Shown here: one piece after another, positions 19,735 through 28,588 of the stretch
How positions within the stretch are numbered: the stretch's first letter is position 1
Layout of the letters: each line of letters opens with the position of its first letter
Source: Bdellovibrionales bacterium
Lineage (GTDB): Bacteria > Bdellovibrionota > Bdellovibrionia > Bdellovibrionales > UBA1609
Assembly: GCA_041690295.1 (NCBI GenBank)
Contig: JAWLHR010000003.1
Span: 128,001 to 192,000 of the forward strand
Direction of reading: 5' to 3'
Length of the DNA stretch: 64,000 nucleotides
Translations under genes and position numbers: made by a program
Notes under the pieces: generated by a model
Seen by the model: only the letters and a program-made list of their open reading frames with translations
Database searches by the model: none
Told to the model about the DNA's origin: nothing

Positions 19735-20976
19735 TTACTTGCCCATGATTTGCCGCAGGCGATCCAGTGCCGTGCGCAGGTCTAAACGCCCCGAGGAGGC
19801 ACTGATGAGAGCGGGCGTGCGATAGGCGGACTGATAAAGGGCCGTCCGAAGTTGGGGAATAGTCGCTTCGGGTTCCGCGCTCAACAGAAGCGCGAGGGCT
19901 CCGGAGACGAACGGGGCCGACATACTGGTGCCGGTGGCGACCGCGAACCCGTTCGGAACGGTGGAGACAATGGAGCTTCCGGGAGCGAAGATGTGCACAT
20001 TTATGGCGCCGAAATTGGACATTTCATGCATGTAATCGTTCGTGCCCGTATTTCCAACCGTGAACTGGGCGGCAAGATTGAGCGAGGCGGGATATTGTTT
20101 TCTCTTATCGATATCCACGCCTTCATTACCGGCGGCGGCCACGAACACGACCCCTTGAGCCTCAAGGGACATAATGGTTTCGCGAAGTGTGCGCGAACAG
20201 TGAGGCCCACCCCAGCTGGCATTGATGACCTTAGCTCCCTGGGCGACCGCGTACTTGATCGCGGTCACGCCATCGGAGACGTTGCCATCACCATATTTAT
20301 TTAAAAACGCCAGCGGTAGAAGCCGGGCTTCGGGCGCCACTCCTTGAACATAGGGACGTGCTCCCGCGGTGGTGTCGCCATGATCGGCCACGATAATTCC
20401 ACTCACATGCGTACCGTGCATCTGGTGATCGCCAAGCAGAGTTCGATCCTCGACGAAGTCATAGCCCGAAACATCATCGACGTAGCCATTGCCGTCATCA
20501 TCCACGTTGTTATTTGGGATTTCGCCGGCATTGATGGCCAGTCGATCACGCAGTTGGGGATGGGTGATGTCGGCGCCTGAATCCACGACGGCCACGATCA
20601 CACCTTGCCCGCGAATTCCCGCGCTCCACAGGGTGTCGGCCCCCACACGCACCACGCCCCAATTATCAATGGCGGGAGCGTCCTGCCGCACGAAGGCGCC
20701 CTGGCGCGCGTGAACTCTGTAATCCGGTTCGGCGTACTCGATCCGGTGAGCGTTCTCCGCCAAATACCCGTTGAGAAATTTGTCCTCGTTTTCCTCTTCA
20801 CGGACCGCGACGGTTCCATCGGAATAGCGGACAATGAACCTTCCGGGCACGACCCGGCCCAGACATGTATCATCATCAGATTTGGTGTATAGACCTGAGC
20901 TGGTTTTTTGTTCTCCGCAGGCGACAAGTGTGAATGCGGTGAATATGGCAATGACCTTGATCAAACGAGGTTCCAT
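19735..20976 (-). CDS. Subtilisin-like S8 serine protease, lipoprotein
   Basis: Lipobox LVAC; triad VVDSG, HGTHVSG, GTSMSAP. Confidence 0.93.
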   Translation of the reverse strand: MEPRLIKVIAIFTAFTLVACGEQKTSSGLYTKSDDDTCLGRVVPGRFIVRYSDGTVAVREEENEDKFLNGYLAENAHRIEYAEPDYRVHARQGAFVRQDAPAIDNWGVVRVGADTLWSAGIRGQGVIVAVVDSGADITHPQLRDRLAINAGEIPNNNVDDDGNGYVDDVSGYDFVEDRTLLGDHQMHGTHVSGIIVADHGDTTAGARPYVQGVAPEARLLPLAFLNKYGDGNVSDGVTAIKYAVAQGAKVINASWGGPHCSRTLRETIMSLEAQGVVFVAAAGNEGVDIDKRKQYPASLNLAAQFTVGNTGTNDYMHEMSNFGAINVHIFAPGSSIVSTVPNGFAVATGTSMSAPFVSGALALLLSAEPEATIPQLRTALYQSAYRTPALISASSGRLDLRTALDRLRQIMGK

Positions 20977-21124
20977 CCTGGAGCTCCCCCTAAGAGATCA
21001 TTGTCGCTCGCGTGGGTTGAGTGGGAGAGTCCAATAATCGGCCATGTGGCTTAAGGCTTACTCAACTGGTCGAAATCTGGACCGGCAACTGGACCTTCCG
21101 CGAAGGGGCCATTAATCTCCCGTA

Positions 21125-23233
21125 ATGGCCCGGAAAACAGTTTTTAAGATCAGCGTTCTGTTGGCTGTTGTCGCTGCATGCTATTGGATACTTTTGCCCG
21201 AGATGTCCCATTGGAATGTGGACCGCTTCAGGGAGATCGCCGGTGAGTCTCCGTTCAAGGCCGCGATTGTCTATTTCATAATATATTTGGTTGCGGCGTC
21301 GTTTGCCGTGCCTGGCTTGGCCGTGCTGACAATGGTTGGCGGCGCGATATTAGGTTTTTGGAAAGCCGTGCTTTTAGTCTCTTTTGCCAGCACCATCGGG
21401 GCGACGTTTTCATTTTTACTTTCCCGCTGGCTTTTTCGTGACTGGGTTTCACGCCGATTCGATTCGATTTATGAAAAAGTGAGAGGTGTCGAAACCGATG
21501 GTTCATCATTCCTGTTTTCACTTCGTTTGATTCCCCTCATCCCTTTCTCCGCGGTGAACCTTGTCTTCGGGATTACGCCCATGAAGACGCTTTCGTTTTA
21601 TTGGATTTCCCAATTGGGAATGCTCCCCGCGACGTTGGTTTATGTGAACGCGGGGGTTCAAGTCGGGCAGGCGCGAAGTTTCGAAGATGTGATGTCACCT
21701 TCGGTTCTCATTTCGCTGTCTTTGTTGGCCGCCGTTCCTTGGCTGGGACGACTTCTCCTTCATCAAATCAACTTACATAGGATTTACCGAAATTATCGCC
21801 GCCCGCCGCGGTTCGATTACGATTTGCTCATCATCGGCGCCGGGGCCGCCGGATTGGTTTCGGCTTATTTGGGATCGGCATTAAAGGCGAAAGTGGGATT
21901 GATCGAAAGAGATCGGATGGGCGGTGAATGCCTGCATACGGGATGCGTACCGAGCAAGTCTTTGATTCAAAGCGCGCGGCTGGCTCATCTTATTCACCGC
22001 GCCGGCGAATTTGGCTTGAAGGTGCGGGAATCTTCCGTGGACTTTCCTTCCGTCTTCGAACGGATTCAGTCGATCATTAGTAAGATCACGCCGAAGGACT
22101 CCGCTGATCGCTATCGAAGTTTGGGAGTCGATTGCCTGCGCGGTGAAGCGCGAATCGAAGATCCGTTCCGTGTCCGTATCGAGGATCGTGTGCTGACCAC
22201 AAGGAACATTATAATCGCCACGGGAAGCGCGCCATTCATACCCAACATCGAGGGTTTGGATTCCATTCCGTATTTGACCACGGATAATTTGTGGGATTTG
22301 CGAAAATCTCCCGGACGGCTTTTGGTTTTGGGCGGAGGTCCGGTCGGATGTGAGATGGCGCAAGCCTTCGCGCGATTGGGCGTCAAAGTCACTCTCGTCG
22401 AAAAAGAAAACAGATTGTTAAACCGGGAAGATGAAGAGGTTTCTCGATTGATCTCCGAAGTTTTCGTGCGCGAAGGAATCGAGCTCCTTCTTGGGAGCCG
22501 AGTGGCCCGGTTTTCACGGGCCGGGAATGATTTTTCGGCTCACCTGGACGGCGGGCGTTCCATCCCGTTTGACACTTTGCTATTGGCCTTAGGCCGGCGG
22601 GCACGGGTGAAAGGATTTGACGAATTGAATCTTGAGTTGAGTGACGATGGAACTTTGCGGGTCGATGAATGTCTGCGCACACGTTTTCCCAACATTTACG
22701 CCTGTGGTGATGTGACGGGTCCCTTTCAATACACGCACGCGGCTTCACATCAGGCGTCCACGGCCGTGTTGAACGCGCTTTTCTCACCTTTCAAAAAATT
22801 CAAAATCGATTATTCCTCCATGCCTCGGTGCACGTACACCGACCCGGAAATCGCAAGCTTGGGGCTGAGCGAGTTCGAGGCGCGTGGGCTCGCGGTCGAT
22901 TACGATGTTTATAAGCACGACTTTGCTGATGTGGATCGGGCGGTGACTGAGGGAAACACGGCCGGTTTCATTAAAGTGCTGACACGTAAAAACAGCGGAA
23001 AGATCCTTGGCGTGACCATCGCCGGCCCGCGTGCGGGGGACCTCATGGCGGAATTCACTTTGGCGAAACGTAAAAATCTCTCTCTGAATGAAATTCTAAA
23101 GACGATCCATGCCTATCCGACTTATGGGGAGATTAATCGCCTCGTGGCCGGCGATTGGAAGCGATCAACCGCGGGGGCGACCGCCCTTCGGTTTTTATCA
23201 GGTTTTCACGCCTGGCGCCGAGGGTCCGTCTGA
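21125..23233 (+). CDS. DedA/VTT membrane domain fused to FAD-dependent pyridine nucleotide-disulfide oxidoreductase
   Basis: LRLIPLIPF DedA motif; GAGAAG, GGECLHTGCVPSK, GGGPVGCE, HAYPTYGE. Confidence 0.9.
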   Translation: MARKTVFKISVLLAVVAACYWILLPEMSHWNVDRFREIAGESPFKAAIVYFIIYLVAASFAVPGLAVLTMVGGAILGFWKAVLLVSFASTIGATFSFLLSRWLFRDWVSRRFDSIYEKVRGVETDGSSFLFSLRLIPLIPFSAVNLVFGITPMKTLSFYWISQLGMLPATLVYVNAGVQVGQARSFEDVMSPSVLISLSLLAAVPWLGRLLLHQINLHRIYRNYRRPPRFDYDLLIIGAGAAGLVSAYLGSALKAKVGLIERDRMGGECLHTGCVPSKSLIQSARLAHLIHRAGEFGLKVRESSVDFPSVFERIQSIISKITPKDSADRYRSLGVDCLRGEARIEDPFRVRIEDRVLTTRNIIIATGSAPFIPNIEGLDSIPYLTTDNLWDLRKSPGRLLVLGGGPVGCEMAQAFARLGVKVTLVEKENRLLNREDEEVSRLISEVFVREGIELLLGSRVARFSRAGNDFSAHLDGGRSIPFDTLLLALGRRARVKGFDELNLELSDDGTLRVDECLRTRFPNIYACGDVTGPFQYTHAASHQASTAVLNALFSPFKKFKIDYSSMPRCTYTDPEIASLGLSEFEARGLAVDYDVYKHDFADVDRAVTEGNTAGFIKVLTRKNSGKILGVTIAGPRAGDLMAEFTLAKRKNLSLNEILKTIHAYPTYGEINRLVAGDWKRSTAGATALRFLSGFHAWRRGSV

Positions 23234-23275
23234 TCGGGCTGGACAAGAACGATTTGAAATGCCACAAACAATCCA

Positions 23276-24238
23276 ATGCGCAAGGTTCTCGTGACCGGAA
23301 TGGCCGGTTTCATCGCTGCGGAGACGGCACGCCAATTGTTACAGCAAGGCGTGGAAGTTGTCGGTTGCGACAACATGAATGATTTTTATGATCCGAGGTT
23401 GAAAGAACATCGGCTCGAATCATTGCGCGATTGTGAATTTCATCTCCTGGACATCGAAGATCGCGCCGCGCTTGAACGTCTGTTCAAACAACATAAATTT
23501 GATGCGGTTTACAATTTGGCGGGCCGGGCGGGAGTACGTCACAGCTTGGTCGATCCCCATGTTTATTTCGCGACCAACGCGGTGGGCACTTTGAATTTGC
23601 TCGATTTGATGCGGCGATATGACTGCGGAAAAATCATATTATCTTCCACCTCGTCTCTTTATGCCGGTGAAAAGATGCCGTTCGTTGAAACGGCGGAAGT
23701 CAACAGACCCATTTCGCCTTACGCCGCCTCAAAAAAGGCGGCGGAAACGCTTTGCTATACCTTCCACTATCAATTTGGCATTGATTGCTCGATCTTGCGC
23801 TATTTCACGGTTTATGGACCCGCGGGCCGGCCTGACATGAGCGTGCTGAAGTTCATTTGGTCCATCGATCAGGAACGTGAGTTTGAACTTTATGGCGATG
23901 GGGAGCAGACACGGGATTTCAGTTTCGTCGACGATATCGCCAGCGGCACGATTCGCTCGGAGCGGAAGCTTGGTTACGAGGTGATCAACCTCGGTGGCGG
24001 CAAGACGCCGGTCACGATCAATCAAATGATCTCATGGATGGAAGAAGGATTGGGCAAGAAAGCCAAAATCAAACGCATGCCCGCGCAAAAGGCGGATATG
24101 CAGGACACGCAAGCGGATATCCGCAAAGCGCAAAAATTATTGGAGTGGACGCCACAAACCGCCTTCCCCGACGGCCTGGCGCGCACGATCGAGTGGTATC
24201 TCGCCAACCGCGAGTTTTTGTCGAAGTTGAAAATTTAA
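23276..24238 (+). CDS. NAD-dependent epimerase (UDP-glucuronate 4-epimerase-like)
   Basis: TGMAGFIA, AGVRHSL, YAASK, FTVYGPAGRPDM. Confidence 0.88.
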   Translation: MRKVLVTGMAGFIAAETARQLLQQGVEVVGCDNMNDFYDPRLKEHRLESLRDCEFHLLDIEDRAALERLFKQHKFDAVYNLAGRAGVRHSLVDPHVYFATNAVGTLNLLDLMRRYDCGKIILSSTSSLYAGEKMPFVETAEVNRPISPYAASKKAAETLCYTFHYQFGIDCSILRYFTVYGPAGRPDMSVLKFIWSIDQEREFELYGDGEQTRDFSFVDDIASGTIRSERKLGYEVINLGGGKTPVTINQMISWMEEGLGKKAKIKRMPAQKADMQDTQADIRKAQKLLEWTPQTAFPDGLARTIEWYLANREFLSKLKI

Positions 24239-25206
24239 GAACTGCCCCACTAGCCTGCAGAAAATCCTGGCGAGAATTTTGCCCTTAACCACAGGGCATG
24301 CGACCAAGCTGCCCCTATTGTCATTCATCCTCAGAGATGTCCGATCGCCGGATGCGTATTCTAAAAGCCGGATTTTTTCGCCGAACCTCCGACGGAAAAA
24401 GAGTGCGAAGATTTTATTGCGTTAGCTGCTCTAGATACTTTTCTTATGCCACCTTTCACCCCTGCTTTAGGCAAAAAAAGCGCCACCTCAATCACCGCAT
24501 CAACAAACTTTTAGCTTCAAGCGTTTCCCAGCGCCGAATCGCAAAATTACTCCATATCTCCCGAACCACAGTTGAACGAAAGTTTCTCTTCCTTGGCCAA
24601 AAAGCAGTGCATGAGCTTGAACATCAAAACAAATCCAGTCCCCTGGCCACTGTTGTTGAATTTGATGAGCTTGAAACCTTCGAGCACACAAAATGTAAGC
24701 CGCTTTCCGTTCCACTAGCCGTTGAATCAAAGACCAGAAGGATTTTAAGTTTTCAAGTGGCCCAGATGCCGGCCAAAGGAAAGCTCGCCCGTATCTCACG
24801 AAAAAAATATGGAAGGAGACCGGATTTCAGGCCGAAAGCATTGAGTGAACTTTGTGAACGTTTAAAGCCACTCACCGCACCTGATGTACAATTCAAATCC
24901 GATCAAAATCCAATGTATCCGGAAATCTTAAGGCGTCACTTTCCTTTAAATTCGCATGAGCGGTTTAAGGGGCAAAGGGGTTCGATTGTCGGACAGGGAG
25001 AATTGAAGAAGATCCGATTTGATCCGCTTTTTAGCTTGAATCACACCTGTGCGATGCTTCGAGCCAATATCAATAGGCTAGTGAGAAAGACCTGGTGCAC
25101 AACGAAAATTCCTAATAGATTGCGCCTTCATCTCGCCATCTATGCGGTTTATCACAACAATATGATTCGCGCGGGACCATTGGCTGCAGGCTAGTGGGGC
25201 AGTTTT
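24238..25206 (+). mobile_element. IS1/IS1595-like insertion sequence, copy 1 (969 bp)
   Basis: 21-bp perfect terminal IR AACTGCCCCACTAGCCTGCAG (24240-24260 / 25184-25204), 23 bp with one mismatch; second copy at 58933-59901. Confidence 0.88.
24298..25194 (+). CDS. Transposase (Zn ribbon-HTH-DDE-like), copy 1
   Basis: CPYC...CVSC, HTH SQRRIAKLLHISRTTV, EFDELET, KSD, LRANINRLVRKTWCTTK resembling the IS1 C-terminus; stop lies inside the right IR. Confidence 0.85.
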   Translation: MRPSCPYCHSSSEMSDRRMRILKAGFFRRTSDGKRVRRFYCVSCSRYFSYATFHPCFRQKKRHLNHRINKLLASSVSQRRIAKLLHISRTTVERKFLFLGQKAVHELEHQNKSSPLATVVEFDELETFEHTKCKPLSVPLAVESKTRRILSFQVAQMPAKGKLARISRKKYGRRPDFRPKALSELCERLKPLTAPDVQFKSDQNPMYPEILRRHFPLNSHERFKGQRGSIVGQGELKKIRFDPLFSLNHTCAMLRANINRLVRKTWCTTKIPNRLRLHLAIYAVYHNNMIRAGPLAAG

Positions 25207-25238
25207 AAAAATCCCAACATGGGGAGCATGTTGGGATT
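25207..25238 (-). terminator. Rho-independent terminator of the lipoprotein gene
   Basis: 12-bp stem AATCCCAACATG/CATGTTGGGATT followed by a T-run on the minus strand. Confidence 0.7.
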
Positions 25239-25268
25239 CAATGTCAGGATACGTACCGTAAGTCGAAT

Positions 25269-26864
25269 TTACTTAACTCGTTTGAAATAGTACGTGCGCT
25301 TGCCCGTGTCCTCATCGTATTTGAGAACGTTTTGGACGTAGTCGATTTCATCCGCGTCGACGGTGTCGGTAAGAACCGCGTGTAAATAAGTGTTCTTATC
25401 CTTGGCCCAGCAATAGTTGTACTCATCGGAGCAGCGGGGGCCGTCTCGGACGGTGAAACTGCCGGTATCGCCGACGTTCGCCTTGGGAACGAAACCTTCG
25501 GCAATGTAACCCGCCATCGTTTTGTCGTTGTTGTAATAGAGACCACCATCGTTCACGCCACTGGCGTTATGCACGCCGTAATCCATGTAGAAGGTGTATT
25601 CACCGTTGTTTTCTTCGAAGAGCCGCGCCGCCGAACCCAGGATCGGACTCGTACCGCCCTCATAAACGGGAGGGTTGAGCTTGATACCGTTATCTTCGAA
25701 CTTCCAGGAGGCCACGTGTTGGCTGGTGATCATCCCCAATTGAGGAACGTTGTTTTGCATCACCAATGTCATCGTCGCCGTGGAATAGTGATTGAACACG
25801 GGATCGCCATTGCCATCCAGTTGGGTGGTGATCAGGTAGGTGTGCAATTCCAGTCCTTCGGTGTCCAAGAAAGCGAAGGCGGGCAGGTAACCTACTCGAA
25901 AAGCCGGCGTGTCTTGCGGGAAGAAATCGCAGTCGTTGAGACCCCAATTATTCTCACCGTCCGAGCAATCGCCGGAAAGTGGAAAACCGACCGGACCCAG
26001 CTTGGTGGAGTTATCTCCGATGAGAAAGGTATCGAACGGGCTTTTGATCGTATAGCCATAATCGTTCGGAGGATCAAGCGGACGAGTGCCATCTCCCGTC
26101 CATGCGAAAACATTCTTAAAGCCGGAAATGAGAATGTTAATCGTGGGCGAGGATTTTTCGGCGATCGTCACCGGCGCCGGAAGAACGGAGTGGGTTCCGC
26201 AAGTCATGGCGGAGGCGGTGCTGTTCGTCGTGCTGTTGGAGCAGTATGTGTACAAGAAGCCGTACTCATACTCATCATAGCCATTGGCTTCGAGATCGTT
26301 CGGCGCGATCACATTGTTTTCGACTTGGACGCCGTTGGCCGTCGTGAAAACGGTTGTATCAATGTCGTCGTCGTTGTCCCTGTCGAAATAGGCGTAGGCT
26401 TTAATTTTGAATTTGGGTGAGAAAGTCAAACCCACGGTCAGGTACGTCCCCGCTTCGATTTCTCCGCTGCCTGTGACGGACATGTTCACACCGTCGGCCA
26501 CGTCCAATTCTTGGTTAACAGGCACGGAAGTCATTGATCCGCCGCCACCCGGGCCGGACATGAAGGCCACGGACAGCAAATGAACTTTCAAAGAATCAAC
26601 GACGGCGTCGGAAGTGACGACACCCATTCCTTCATATTCGCCCGCGGCCGTGTTCGGGTCGGAAACCAATTTGATTCCAACTTTGCCCTTCGAGGCGAGA
26701 AAATTCGCGGCAATGGCGTTGGCGTCGAGAGCGCTGGCGCCTTTGGCGACGACGCGAACATTGGCTTTCTTCTTCTTCTTTTTCTCACATCCGGCGATTG
26801 TTCCCGCCGAAATCGCCGCCATCATGGCGACCATTGTGATGGATGATATCCATCTCAATTTCAT
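25269..26864 (-). CDS. Large uncharacterised lipoprotein (531 aa)
   Basis: SD AGGAGGAG; signal peptide ending IAGC then EKKKKKK; D/N/G/T-rich beta-type sequence with several Cys and DRDNDDDID. Confidence 0.8.
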   Translation of the reverse strand: MKLRWISSITMVAMMAAISAGTIAGCEKKKKKKANVRVVAKGASALDANAIAANFLASKGKVGIKLVSDPNTAAGEYEGMGVVTSDAVVDSLKVHLLSVAFMSGPGGGGSMTSVPVNQELDVADGVNMSVTGSGEIEAGTYLTVGLTFSPKFKIKAYAYFDRDNDDDIDTTVFTTANGVQVENNVIAPNDLEANGYDEYEYGFLYTYCSNSTTNSTASAMTCGTHSVLPAPVTIAEKSSPTINILISGFKNVFAWTGDGTRPLDPPNDYGYTIKSPFDTFLIGDNSTKLGPVGFPLSGDCSDGENNWGLNDCDFFPQDTPAFRVGYLPAFAFLDTEGLELHTYLITTQLDGNGDPVFNHYSTATMTLVMQNNVPQLGMITSQHVASWKFEDNGIKLNPPVYEGGTSPILGSAARLFEENNGEYTFYMDYGVHNASGVNDGGLYYNNDKTMAGYIAEGFVPKANVGDTGSFTVRDGPRCSDEYNYCWAKDKNTYLHAVLTDTVDADEIDYVQNVLKYDEDTGKRTYYFKRVK

Positions 26865-27004
26865 GACTCCTCCTTGTTGCAACGAACGTGGTTGGTTGTG
26901 GACGCTGGATTCCAATTCGAACGGTCGGTTCAATTAGAGTTTACGTCCATGAATGATATAAAAATGTTAGGGAGGGAATCCGGTTTTCACAAATCGGCCA
27001 AATC

Positions 27005-27021
27005 CGCTCACAGAGTGAGCG
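27005..27021. promoter_or_regulatory. Palindromic operator-like site (7-3-7)
   Basis: CGCTCAC-aga-GTGAGCG in the divergent promoter region. Confidence 0.55.
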
Positions 27022-27052
27022 CATGTTGCATGTTGCCGACCTTCGTCTCTAG

Positions 27053-27072
27053 GTTCTATCATTCGATAGAAC
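27053..27072. promoter_or_regulatory. Palindrome (8-4-8) overlapping a putative -10 just before the ATG
   Basis: GTTCTATC-attc-GATAGAAC; TTGCCG (27033-38) N18 TATCAT (27057-62). Confidence 0.5.
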
Positions 27073-27073
27073 A

Positions 27074-28585
27074 ATGGCAAAAGCGGAACCTGGTGCTCGC
27101 CTGCAGCGGCTGCGACAATTACTCGGACTTTCCCAAAGGCAAATGGCGACCGAACTGGGCGTTACGCCCGGTGCGCTGGCCATGTGGGAGCGAAAGACCA
27201 GGCCTGTTCCGGCACCGATTCTGAAAATCATCGAGATCTACGAAGAGGCGTTGGACGAAGAACTTGCCCGGCGCAAGCATCAGGCCATGATCCGAAAGCT
27301 GAGCACGACTTGGGCCAACCGACTTTTGGTCATGTTCGGTAAGGGCGCATACGGCGTAAAAAGGGCGGAAATCAAAAGCCGGCTGCAACGTGCGCTCAAT
27401 GTAATCTTCACCCATGAGCTCTCCATTGACCGGATCAAACGAAGCATCCAGCTGGCGATTTTCAATCGCATTGTGAATGCCGCGTCCCAGACCAAAGGCT
27501 TGCCGATGAAGGTGGTCCAGATCCTGACCTACTTGAATCCCGGCATGTCCCGTGAAGCGCGGGAGGCCGTGGAGGAGATCCATTGCCTGCAATATCCTTT
27601 GGCACCGACAGTGGTTTCGCGGATCATCACGGAAAGCCTTGGTGCTTCCCCGAATCGAATATTCGCCGAGTGGTCTCCGCACCCGTTCGCCGCCGCCAGC
27701 ATCGGCCAGGTTCACCTGGCCAAATTGAAAACCGGCGAGCGCGTGGCGGTCAAAGTTCAATATCCCGACATTCAGAAATCTTTAAGTCGCGATTTAAAAG
27801 CCTTGCAATTCGTCATGGACATTTCACGCCTCTTCAGTACGGATGTCAGAGGCGTCATAGAAGACGTCAAAAGAACCGTATTGGACGAGACGGACTATTA
27901 CAAGGAAATGGAAAGTCTCGAATCCTTCGCGCGACTTTTCAAAGACGATCCCCAAATAATAACTCCCAAGGTCTATCGTGAATATTCTCATGCCAATATC
28001 ATCACGATGGATTTCATCGACGGGAAATCCATCAAGGAATTCAAATCGGCTGACTACGAGGAGCGGCGGATGGCGGCGGAGACCCTGGCTCGGTTCACCA
28101 CGCTTTCGTCATTTAAAAGCGGTCTGGTCAATACCGATGCGCACGCGGGAAACTTCATTTTTTGCGGTGGCGGAAAAGTGGGATTCATCGATTTCGGCCG
28201 GTCGGCGCCGGGCGACTTGAACGGCTCTTATGCTTTCAAGGAGTTAATGAAGGCCGTAATTCTTAAGAATCCCGACCTGGCCAAAAAGGTGATCGATCAT
28301 TTCCCCTTTATCCGCGATCCTAAAACTTTTCCATTCGAGCAGTTTTGGGAATTTTTCGTGCGACAGCAAGCACACTTGAATTCGGGAAAATTCCGTTTCA
28401 CCCACGATTACATCGCGCGAACCTTCGCCGAGATGAAAGCTTGTCCTTTTCGCGATGAGTTGAAGGTCACCATCGAGACCGTGTGGTCGACGGCGGTTAT
28501 GGCCGGTATCTGGCGGATCCTTGCGGATTTGGACGTTGAAGTGGATTACGGACGAGTCAGTCTAGAGGCGCTGGGGGAACAATAG
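27074..28585 (+). CDS. XRE-family HTH fused to UbiB/ABC1 (AarF) atypical kinase
   Basis: RLQRLRQLLGLSQRQMATELGVTPGALAMWER (XRE HTH); FAAASIGQVH, VAVKVQYP, ETDYYKE, DAHAGN, IDFG. Confidence 0.88.
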   Translation: MAKAEPGARLQRLRQLLGLSQRQMATELGVTPGALAMWERKTRPVPAPILKIIEIYEEALDEELARRKHQAMIRKLSTTWANRLLVMFGKGAYGVKRAEIKSRLQRALNVIFTHELSIDRIKRSIQLAIFNRIVNAASQTKGLPMKVVQILTYLNPGMSREAREAVEEIHCLQYPLAPTVVSRIITESLGASPNRIFAEWSPHPFAAASIGQVHLAKLKTGERVAVKVQYPDIQKSLSRDLKALQFVMDISRLFSTDVRGVIEDVKRTVLDETDYYKEMESLESFARLFKDDPQIITPKVYREYSHANIITMDFIDGKSIKEFKSADYEERRMAAETLARFTTLSSFKSGLVNTDAHAGNFIFCGGGKVGFIDFGRSAPGDLNGSYAFKELMKAVILKNPDLAKKVIDHFPFIRDPKTFPFEQFWEFFVRQQAHLNSGKFRFTHDYIARTFAEMKACPFRDELKVTIETVWSTAVMAGIWRILADLDVEVDYGRVSLEALGEQ

Positions 28586-28588
28586 CAC

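Noticed and set aside
21068..21083. GGTC-N8-GACC palindrome and loosely similar intergenic motifs elsewhere
   Set aside because: Too short and degenerate to support without genome-wide statistics.
21125..23233. Mercuric reductase (merA) call
   Set aside because: No C-terminal Cys-Cys pair, no HMA domain and no mer genes; the DedA-oxidoreductase fusion is a known family.
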